A stretch of 24,000 nt of DNA from Legionella genomosp. 1 (GTDB taxonomy: Bacteria > Pseudomonadota > Gammaproteobacteria > UBA6186 > Azoamicaceae): positions 5,384-29,383 of the forward strand of contig CAMCTX010000006.1 in NCBI GenBank assembly GCA_945878715.1, written 5' to 3'. How positions within the stretch are numbered: position 1 is the stretch's first letter; the number at the start of each line of letters is the position of its first letter. Of this stretch, positions 8,830 through 15,417 are shown one piece after another. Under the pieces are notes generated by a model. It did not search any database. It worked only from the letters and a program-made list of their open reading frames with translations, and was not told the DNA's origin. The translations under genes and the position numbers were made by a program.

Positions 8830-9906
8830 CTAGCCCTCCCTCGAAAGAGGGAATTCATGGATGATTTTTTGTGCCAATCCCTCTACCCAAATTGGATCGG
8901 TATTAATACAGGGCACAAATACAAATGTTTCTCCCCCCAGACTATGCCATTGTTCGCGGGCGCGCATATTGATTTCTTCTAAGGTTTCTAGACAATCGCT
9001 TACAAAAGAGGGGCAGACAACGGCAATATTGCGTACCCCTTGCTTGCTTAAATCAATCAGTACTTGATCGGTATAGGGCTTTATCCAGGGTGTACGCCCC
9101 AGGCGTGATTGAAAACAGACTTGATACTGATCCGCCCCTAATCCCAGTTTTTCTGCGATCAGACGTGTTGTTTCATAGCATTGGGCCCTGTAACAATCGC
9201 TGTTGCTGCTATCCATGCGCTTGCAAGGATTCGAAGTGTTAGAAGGACTTGAAGCGTTAGATAGTACACAGCTTGCTTCACAGCGTGTTTTTTTAATTTG
9301 TCGTTCGGGTAAGCCATGATAGCTAAACAGTATGCGATCAATGGATTCAAAGGATTTATCTGGAATATGTTGCTGGATTAAATCGGCATAGGCATCAATA
9401 TAACCAGGCATATTGTAAAAATCTCGGATTACACGAATATTTGGAACAGTATTTTGTTTTGCTAGTATTTTAAGGATGGCTTCAAGGGCCGAGCCTGATG
9501 ATGCAGAAGCATATTGAGGAAACAAAGGCACTATCGTGATCTGATCAACCTTTTGACGTATTAGTTCTAACACAGCATCCTGAATAGAAGGTTTTCCATA
9601 ACGCATCCCCAAGCTAACAACACAATCCTTATCCATACTTTCTAATGTTTTAGAGAGAGCCTTTTGCAAAGCGATACTATTTACCAATAAAGGCGATCCG
9701 GCTTCGGTCCATATAGCCTGATAGGCTGCTGCTGATTTTTTCGAACGCAAAGGTCCAATCACACCATAAACCAACACAAAGCGTGCAAGCCAGGGAATAT
9801 CAATCACCCGTGGATCCATGAGGAATTCTTGCAAATAATGGCGTACTGCGGATGTGCTTGGATGATCAGGTGTGCCGAGATTAATCAGCAAGATACCTTG
9901 TTTCAT
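8830..9906 (-). CDS. hemH: Ferrochelatase with an internal Cys-rich insertion
   Basis: 358-aa ORF with ferrochelatase motifs (ILLINLGTPD, IVPLFPQYASASSGS, LFSYHGLPER, QSRLGRTPWIKPYTD, VVCPSFVSDCLETLEEI). It is about 30 aa longer than the ~320-aa E. coli-type enzyme as I recall it, because of an insert at aa ~205-238. Confidence 0.92.
   Translation of the reverse strand: MKQGILLINLGTPDHPSTSAVRHYLQEFLMDPRVIDIPWLARFVLVYGVIGPLRSKKSAAAYQAIWTEAGSPLLVNSIALQKALSKTLESMDKDCVVSLGMRYGKPSIQDAVLELIRQKVDQITIVPLFPQYASASSGSALEAILKILAKQNTVPNIRVIRDFYNMPGYIDAYADLIQQHIPDKSFESIDRILFSYHGLPERQIKKTRCEASCVLSNASSPSNTSNPCKRMDSSNSDCYRAQCYETTRLIAEKLGLGADQYQVCFQSRLGRTPWIKPYTDQVLIDLSKQGVRNIAVVCPSFVSDCLETLEEINMRAREQWHSLGGETFVFVPCINTDPIWVEGLAQKIIHEFPLSREG
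8837..8852. terminator. GAAA-tetraloop hairpin at the convergent nusB / hemH junction (REP-like; weak terminator candidate)
   Basis: TCCCTC-GAAA-GAGGGA forms a 6-bp stem and is preceded by the CT-rich GCCCTCACCCTAGCCC. There is no U-tract on either strand. It overlaps the last codons of hemH (..PLSREG*). Confidence 0.25.
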
Positions 9907-11039
9907 AGGCTCGATTTTTTGGGAATAATCAGAATAGCATCCCCAATCGGTCTAAAGCTTGTCCAGGCAGCACTGTCTTCATCTTCTGCCTCGTCTTCAT
10001 CGGGATGGTTCAGGATTTTATGATTCATATAGAGTGTGGATGAGCTGCCCCCATCTAAATTAAGCGCATACTCGCAATCTTGCGCTTTCATAAAGCTTGC
10101 AAGTTCGGGGATGGTCATGCCAGCGCTATTACTCAGCGCACTTTGTTCAACCACTACCAAGACCCAATCGCCATTTTTACGGATCCCTACAGCGGTTCGG
10201 GCATAGCGTTCTTTAATAAAACCACTCAGCACTTTTTCGCCCGAATAATCTTTAATCACACGTCCACGTGTAATGAGTAAAGGTGCGCCGCCTAGAATAT
10301 TCTCCACCCCTTGCCAGGCCAGATGATTTTCTTTTAGAAAATGAGGCATCACTTCTATGCCGACGGTTGCAGGATGGCCAACTTCTACAGGATGCTTAGG
10401 CACTTTGTTTTTGGGGAGCAAGTAGCGATAAGTATTTTTTTTGTTTTGCATGGGGCCTGCCGATTGAATACTGATTAATCGCTGGTCCTGTATGCTTAAA
10501 CCATAGGTGTCTGCTGTTACATCAACATTTCCAGGATAAGCATCCGTATAAAGAATAGCCTTGGTTTTAAGGGGTGGTTGATTCAGCAATTGTACGGGCG
10601 ATAGCTGGTGATTTAAATAAACACGCGTTTTGGTTTGCACTCTATCCATAAGGGTGATCGGGCTGTGGGTAGACCAACCCAGCGCCGCTCTATCACGGTA
10701 AGCAAGACCATACCATTGTCCTTGTATTTTCAGAATGCCGGCAGGTAATCCATCAATCTTCGCCCCTATTTTAAAGAAACCGCCATTAATGGCTGCGGTT
10801 GCACGGTGCTTTTTTGCCAGATCACTCAGGGTTGATCGGCCAAGGGCCGTATCTTGCGCATGGGCAAGCTTTATCTCAAAGCGCTTGGGATCCACAATTA
10901 AAACATGCACTGTTTGTTTTGCAGCGGTTTTAAAGGTCTGGTAAGGGAGTCGATCAGAAGTTTTGCTAAGGCTTGCATGGCAGACACCTGCCCATACAAG
11001 TAGAACAACTAAAGAACACATTTTTTTCTGTATAAGCAT
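9903..11039 (-). CDS. Secreted phosphodiester glycosidase family protein (NAGPA / DUF2233-like)
   Basis: 378-aa ORF with a signal peptide (MLIQKKMCSLVVLLVWAGVCHA|SL). Family-typical motifs are AAINGGFF, LPAGILKIQGQWY, GGAPLLITRG, RTAVGIRKNGDWVLVVV and ALNLDGGSSSTLYM. Its stop overlaps the hemH start (ATGA on the minus strand, 9903-9906). Confidence 0.75.
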   Translation of the reverse strand: MLIQKKMCSLVVLLVWAGVCHASLSKTSDRLPYQTFKTAAKQTVHVLIVDPKRFEIKLAHAQDTALGRSTLSDLAKKHRATAAINGGFFKIGAKIDGLPAGILKIQGQWYGLAYRDRAALGWSTHSPITLMDRVQTKTRVYLNHQLSPVQLLNQPPLKTKAILYTDAYPGNVDVTADTYGLSIQDQRLISIQSAGPMQNKKNTYRYLLPKNKVPKHPVEVGHPATVGIEVMPHFLKENHLAWQGVENILGGAPLLITRGRVIKDYSGEKVLSGFIKERYARTAVGIRKNGDWVLVVVEQSALSNSAGMTIPELASFMKAQDCEYALNLDGGSSSTLYMNHKILNHPDEDEAEDEDSAAWTSFRPIGDAILIIPKKSSL

Positions 11040-11055
11040 AGGTCAACCTCAGTCA

Positions 11056-11083
11056 TTGATTCTAGGCTGTCACAGTGTACACT
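11056..11083 (+). promoter_or_regulatory. Candidate promoter for the small secreted-protein gene, overlapping a 10-bp perfect palindrome
   Basis: TTGATT (11056-11061), a 16-nt spacer, then TACACT (11078-11083). AGTGTACACT (11074-11083) is its own reverse complement. Motif-level evidence only. Confidence 0.25.
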
Positions 11084-11107
11084 AGTTGTAAGGAAGGAGG
11101 GACTCTG

Positions 11108-11443
11108 ATGAAACGATCAAGCTTAAGAACTCAATGTATAGCGATATTTTTATTACTCTTCAGTTCTACCCTGGCCTGGGGTTTAAGTCCCGAAGCCACA
11201 GCCATGGCAGCCGAGGCCCGTGCCAAAGCCGAAGCAGGCGATCGGGGTGCGGCAGCGGTTATCTACCGTCGTGCCTTAGCTGTCGATGATTCCGATCCCA
11301 GTCTACATGCAGCGCTCACAGCCCTTGTCATGCAAGAAGCCCAATTGGAGCCAGAGCACGAATCAGAGATTTTGCAGGCGCTAGAACAGGAACGCACAGC
11401 CTCTGCGAGTGCATCTGCGAATGCAGAAGTCATAAACGAGTAG
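11108..11443 (+). CDS. Small secreted Ala/Glu-rich protein with one TPR-like helical hairpin; function unknown
   Basis: The start is reassigned to MKRSSLRTQCIAIFLLLFSSTLAWG|LS because AGGAGG lies 7-8 nt upstream of the ATG at 11108. It has a typical signal peptide. The mature part (AEARAKAEAGDRGAAAVIYRRALAVDDSDPSLHAAL) resembles a single TPR-like unit, followed by an acidic tail. Confidence 0.55.
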   Translation: MKRSSLRTQCIAIFLLLFSSTLAWGLSPEATAMAAEARAKAEAGDRGAAAVIYRRALAVDDSDPSLHAALTALVMQEAQLEPEHESEILQALEQERTASASASANAEVINE

Positions 11444-11474
11444 CGTGTAGATTCCCTTATTCAGCTGAGCGGGC

Positions 11475-11505
11475 ATCCTAAGGTAGTTGCCTTAGGATTT
11501 TCCTT
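11475..11505 (+). terminator. Rho-independent terminator candidate after the small secreted-protein gene
   Basis: A perfect 9-bp stem ATCCTAAGG / CCTTAGGAT (11475-11483 / 11490-11498) with a 6-nt loop, followed by TTTCCTT. Confidence 0.5.
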
Positions 11506-11577
11506 GGCACCATTCATTCCACATGTTAATCTTAGCGCCATGTCTCCTAACAAGGCTCTAGTGAGTCAGGTGGATTA

Positions 11578-12978
11578 ATGATTCTAATAAAAAAACTATT
11601 AAGCTGCTTTCAGCCTTCTGAACATCTACCAGAGATAGAAGATTCTGAGGTGTTGCAGCAGCAGTATCGCCGTTGGCGCTTGCGCACCTTTTATTCCATG
11701 TATATAGGGTATGCGCTCTATTATTTCACCCGGAAGAACCTAACCTTTATTACACCCTATCTCTGTGCCGATTTAGGCCTTAGCAAAACCAATATTGGGT
11801 GGTTAATCACTATTTTGTCTATCAGTTATGGGATTAGCAAGTTCGCCAGCGGTGTTTTATCTGATCGTGCAAATACCCGTTATCTTATGGCCTTTGGTTT
11901 ACTCATTACAGGGCTTTGTAGCCTATGTTTTGGTCTTTCCTCTTCCTTAATGTGGTTGGGTATTTTCTGGGGCATCAATGGATGGTTTCAAGGCTGGGGC
12001 TGGCCTGCCTGTACCAAACAATTAACGCATTGGTTTAGTCGCAAAGAACGTGGTAAATGGTGGGGCGTTTTTTCAACTTCCCATACCGTTGGTGGTTGTT
12101 TAATTGCCTATGTGGCTGGGTCTGCTGCGATGGCTTATGGGTGGCGTGTTGCCATGTTTATCACAGGTACGATGGGTGTGGTCGCAGGTCTATGGTTGGT
12201 GAATCGCTTAAGAGATATGCCTCAAGCCTTGGGATTACCGGGTGTTGAAAGTTATAGACAGCGTTTTAGGGGTGAAGCCTTAGAAGAGGGTGAAGCGCTA
12301 GAAAATACAGAACATTTATCCGTCAAACAGATCCTGATGGAGCAAGTTTTATCCAATCGTTATATTTGGCTTTTGGCTATCAGTTACTTTTTTGTCTATG
12401 TGGTGCGTACGGCGGTCAATGATTGGGGGCCTTTGTATTTGGTTCAAGTCAAAGGCTACAGTCCTGTAGCCGCCGGGGCCTGCATTTCTTTTTTTGAAGT
12501 CGGTGGTTTTCTAGGCATGTTATTTGCCGGTTGGGGATCCGATTATTGGTTTGGGGGACGGCGTATACCCTTTGTGATCTTCAATTCTGTAGCCATGATT
12601 TTTAGTATTCTGGGTCTTTGGTTTTTAGGATCTGATCAGCCTATTTTAATGGCCTTATTGGTCGGTGTGATTGGCTTTTTAGTTTTTGGACCACAGATGT
12701 TGGTGGGTTTAGCCGCTGCAGAATGGGTTAACAAAGGTGCTGCCAGTACGTCTAATGGATTTGTGGGGGCCTTTGCGTGTTTTGGGGCCGCTGCTGCAGG
12801 TTATCCGCTGGGTCGTATGACCGATCTTTGGGGTTGGTACTATGGCTTTATCTTAAGCTTAGTGATTTGCTCTATGATCTGTGTGCTTGTTTTATTGCCA
12901 CTATGGTCTGTGAAGAAGGGAAGACCGCCTGTGCATGAAGCAGATGCAGGTGTTGAAGGTGTAGCTACCTCGGCTTAA
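11578..12978 (+). CDS. MFS organophosphate:phosphate antiporter (UhpC/UhpT/GlpT family)
   Basis: 466-aa, 12-TM-type ORF. The N-terminal block RRWRLRTFYSMYIGYALYYFTRKNLTFITPYL..GISKFASGVLSDRANTRYLMAFGL matches the conserved OPA-family motifs (Y.FYF.RKN; SKF..G..SDR.N.R) as I recall them from E. coli UhpC/GlpT. AGGTGG lies 5 nt upstream of the ATG. The substrate (hexose-6-P versus glycerol-3-P) cannot be decided by eye. Confidence 0.85.
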   Translation: MILIKKLLSCFQPSEHLPEIEDSEVLQQQYRRWRLRTFYSMYIGYALYYFTRKNLTFITPYLCADLGLSKTNIGWLITILSISYGISKFASGVLSDRANTRYLMAFGLLITGLCSLCFGLSSSLMWLGIFWGINGWFQGWGWPACTKQLTHWFSRKERGKWWGVFSTSHTVGGCLIAYVAGSAAMAYGWRVAMFITGTMGVVAGLWLVNRLRDMPQALGLPGVESYRQRFRGEALEEGEALENTEHLSVKQILMEQVLSNRYIWLLAISYFFVYVVRTAVNDWGPLYLVQVKGYSPVAAGACISFFEVGGFLGMLFAGWGSDYWFGGRRIPFVIFNSVAMIFSILGLWFLGSDQPILMALLVGVIGFLVFGPQMLVGLAAAEWVNKGAASTSNGFVGAFACFGAAAAGYPLGRMTDLWGWYYGFILSLVICSMICVLVLLPLWSVKKGRPPVHEADAGVEGVATSA

Positions 12979-12999
12979 TCAGCCTGCAAGCTCAACTAA

Positions 13000-13076
13000 T
13001 TAGTATAAGCTTTCATCGAAGTTAGTCCTTCTCCCGATTGCGGGAGAAGGTGGCCCGAAGGGCCGGATGAGGGTTG
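13000..13076. repeat. Left inverted-repeat arm (two stacked hairpins)
   Basis: 13010-13076 is the exact reverse complement of 13413-13479. 13000-13009 pairs with 13480-13489 with 2 mismatches. Internal hairpins: CCTTCTCCC-GATTGC-GGGAGAAGG (13027-13050) and GGCCC-GAA-GGGCC (13052-13064). Confidence 0.95.
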
Positions 13077-13404
13077 CGTTTCGATTTAAAACATCGTAAA
13101 TGGTATTTAAAACACTATTCCATGAATGGGTAACTTCATTGTTCCAAAAACGTAATACTTTGAACCCCAATGATTCCAAAAATTCGGTGCGATTTTGATC
13201 GTAGGTTTGATTGTCTAGATGTTGGCTACCGTCTAACTCAATAATTATTTTCTTTCTTAAACATACAAAATCTACAATATAGGTGCCTATTATTCTTTGT
13301 CGACGAAATTTGTACCCAGAAAATCGACGTCCTTGCAGTGCAAACCATAACTGACCTTCTGTGGTTGTCTGAAATCTTCTTAAATCTCTAGCGCGATCTT
13401 TCAT
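13000..13404 (-). CDS. DUF559 domain protein (Vsr-like / PD-(D/E)xK endonuclease fold)
   Basis: The translation shows the DUF559 pattern ARDLRR..T..E..LW..L..RRFSGYKFRRQ..IG.YIVDFVC...K.IIELDG.QH......D..R...L...GF.VLRFWNNEV. The start is taken at MKDRARDL (ATG 13402-13404), just inside the right arm; the upstream ATG at 13420-13422 lies within the repeat. The last 25 codons (ATLIRPFGPPSPAIGRRTNFDESLY) are encoded by the left arm. Confidence 0.8.
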   Translation of the reverse strand: MKDRARDLRRFQTTTEGQLWFALQGRRFSGYKFRRQRIIGTYIVDFVCLRKKIIIELDGSQHLDNQTYDQNRTEFLESLGFKVLRFWNNEVTHSWNSVLNTIYDVLNRNATLIRPFGPPSPAIGRRTNFDESLY

Positions 13405-13412
13405 AACGCATT

Positions 13413-13489
13413 CAACCCTCATCCGGCCCTTCGGGCCACCTTCTCCCGCAATCGGGAGAAGGACTAACTTCGATGAAAGTTTATGCTAA
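13413..13489. repeat. Right inverted-repeat arm (two stacked hairpins)
   Basis: Mirror image of the left arm. Hairpins: GGCCC-TTC-GGGCC (13425-13437) and CCTTCTCCC-GCAATC-GGGAGAAGG (13439-13462). Confidence 0.95.
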
Positions 13490-13525
13490 AAGCGCGCTGC
13501 GTCTATCCGATAAATAGCTGAGTTT

Positions 13526-14818
13526 TTAGAGGCGTTTATCCAACCCCACAAAATCACGCTCCAAAGGCCCTGTATAGCGCTGACGGGGTCTGCCTATCTT
13601 CAGTTCAGGATCGCCTAGCATTTCATTCCAGTGTGCAATCCAGCCAATGGTTCTGGCAATCGCGAAAATCACGGTAAACATATTGCTGGGGATCCCAATG
13701 GCTTTAAGAATCATCCCCGAATAAAAATCCACATTGGGGTATAGTTTTTTCTCGACAAAATAGGGATCTTCAAGCGCAATACTTTCAAGCTTCATCGCTA
13801 ATGCAAAGAGGGGATCGTCTTTGATCTTTAGGGCTTCCATCACTTCATGATAACTTTCGCGTATCACCTTGGCACGGGGATCAAAAGACTTATACACACG
13901 GTGTCCAAAACCCATCAGCCTAAAGGGATCATTTTTATCTTTGGCTTTGGCAATATATTTAGGGATCTGTGTTACATCCCCAATCTCATGCAGCATATTC
14001 AACACGGCCTCGTTCGCGCCGCCATGCGCAGGGCCCCAGAGGGCTGCAATACCCGCCGAGATACAGGCAAAAGGATTAGCCCCCGAAGAGCCGGCTAGAC
14101 GCACGGTAGAAGTCGAAGCATTTTGTTCATGATCTGCATGTAAGATAAAGATCCGATCCATGGCCCGCGTAATGACAGGGTTTAAGTGTTCAGGTTCTGT
14201 GGGGACTGAAAACATCATATGTAAAAAGTTCTGGGCATAATCCAAATCATTTCTGGGAAAGACAAAGGGTTGCCCCAGTGAGTATTTGTAGGCCATGGCG
14301 GCGATGGTGGGCATCTTTGCCACCAAACGTAAGGCGGCAAGCTTGCGATGCTCAGGATTTTTAATTTCCAAGGAATCATGGTAGAAGGCCGACAAAGCAC
14401 CCACCACCCCACACATAATCGCCATGGGATGTGCATTTCTTGGAAAACCCTGAAAAAAGTTACCCAGCTGTTCGTGGATCATCGTGTGGTGACGCACCTC
14501 ATCCACAAAAGCATCTTTTTCAGCACGTGTGGGGAGTTCGCCATTCAAGAGTAAATAACAAACTTCCAGGTGGTCCGATTGTTCGGCTAATTGCGCAATC
14601 GGATAACCTCGATAGAGCAGAATGCTCTTATCCCCATCGATATAGGTAATCGCAGAGCTGCAGGATGCTGTGGATTGGAAACCCGGATCATAGGTGAAAA
14701 CCCCATGGTTTTGTAAATGGCCTATAGCTACAAGCGGGGGGCCTGCAGTGCCTACTAAGAGGGGTAACTCGATGGGTTCTCGATTGGGAAGATGGAGGCT
14801 AGCCTTAGCATCGTTCAT
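13526..14818 (-). CDS. gltA: Citrate synthase (type II)
   Basis: 430-aa ORF with diagnostic motifs ([38 protein letters not shown]) and an N-terminus similar to E. coli GltA. Confidence 0.97.
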   Translation of the reverse strand: MNDAKASLHLPNREPIELPLLVGTAGPPLVAIGHLQNHGVFTYDPGFQSTASCSSAITYIDGDKSILLYRGYPIAQLAEQSDHLEVCYLLLNGELPTRAEKDAFVDEVRHHTMIHEQLGNFFQGFPRNAHPMAIMCGVVGALSAFYHDSLEIKNPEHRKLAALRLVAKMPTIAAMAYKYSLGQPFVFPRNDLDYAQNFLHMMFSVPTEPEHLNPVITRAMDRIFILHADHEQNASTSTVRLAGSSGANPFACISAGIAALWGPAHGGANEAVLNMLHEIGDVTQIPKYIAKAKDKNDPFRLMGFGHRVYKSFDPRAKVIRESYHEVMEALKIKDDPLFALAMKLESIALEDPYFVEKKLYPNVDFYSGMILKAIGIPSNMFTVIFAIARTIGWIAHWNEMLGDPELKIGRPRQRYTGPLERDFVGLDKRL

Positions 14819-14946
14819 ACTATCATCCTTGCAAGTAGTCTTGTTTCAGTTCTTCAGTATAAGAGCAAATACAGAAGATTGAACCCCCTATTCTGTACTA
14901 GACTAAACGGGTGTCGGCGTTTATGCGATCAGGGGAGGATCAAGCG

Positions 14947-15375
14947 ATGTTAGATAGTGGATTAACAAAAATTTTAAGTGGATGCTTTCTAAGCATGCTA
15001 CTAAGTTTTGCGGTCTATGCAGATTCATTTACTGTCCCCCAAGCCCAAGCAGCACAGAACACACAAGCAGCACAAACAACGCAACAAGGAGGCCAAACAA
15101 CACAACCTCCAGTTGCAGTACCCAGTCCTGCTTCGATAGCTTACCAGACCCAAATGCTCGCGCTATCTAATGCGATGAGCGCGAAAATTGCACAGATCCA
15201 AGCCATACAAAAGCAAATCGATGCAGAGATTTATCCAGCGTCTCTCCCACCCTTACAAGCGCAAAAGGCACAGCTGCAAAAAGAATTGGATGCCCTTAAT
15301 CTGAGTCAGCAGCAATTTGTTGCACAGAAAACAGCAGCTGATATAACCACATCGTTACAACAGGCTAAACCTTAA
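14947..15375 (+). CDS. Signal-peptide coiled-coil protein, paralog 1 (Gln/Thr-rich linker plus one repeat unit); function unknown
   Basis: The start is reassigned to the ATG at 14947 because GGAGGA lies 7 nt upstream; the track start at 14911 is a GTG. Signal peptide: MLDSGLTKILSGCFLSMLLSFAVYA|DS. It shares the N-terminal SP.SIAYQ.Q block, a P.LQAQK..L.KELDAL unit and the C-terminal SLQQ(A/T)KP* with the next gene. Confidence 0.65.
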   Translation: MLDSGLTKILSGCFLSMLLSFAVYADSFTVPQAQAAQNTQAAQTTQQGGQTTQPPVAVPSPASIAYQTQMLALSNAMSAKIAQIQAIQKQIDAEIYPASLPPLQAQKAQLQKELDALNLSQQQFVAQKTAADITTSLQQAKP

Positions 15376-15417
15376 AACAAATACGAAGCATGCGTACAAT
15401 CATGGAGGTATGAAGGG

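Larger units (their letters stand above)
13000..13489 (-). mobile_element. DUF559 cassette: a nuclease-fold ORF bounded by long terminal inverted repeats (mobility not shown)
   Basis: A 490-bp unit. The 77-nt arms at 13000-13076 and 13413-13489 are reverse complements (the inner 67 nt are perfect), and the 336-bp interior is filled by the DUF559 core. The interior is AT-rich and the arms are GC-rich. It occupies the gap between the convergent antiporter and gltA 3' ends. Confidence 0.4.

Noticed and set aside
13405-13422. Longer DUF559 start (MRVECV-) at ATG 13420-13422
   Set aside because: This ATG lies inside the inverted-repeat arm and adds non-conserved residues. It cannot be excluded, but the ATG at 13404 fits the family N-terminus better.
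14911-14946. GTG start for coiled-coil paralog 1; likewise the TTG start at 16124 for sdhC and the start at 11075 for the small secreted protein
   Set aside because: In each case a downstream ATG has a better Shine-Dalgarno sequence and gives a proper signal peptide or the conserved N-terminus.
14974-14985. Lipobox-like LSGC in paralog 1
   Set aside because: Only about 9 mostly polar residues precede the Cys, so there is no hydrophobic h-region before it. The hydrophobic stretch follows the Cys and ends in VYA|D, which fits a type I signal peptide instead.
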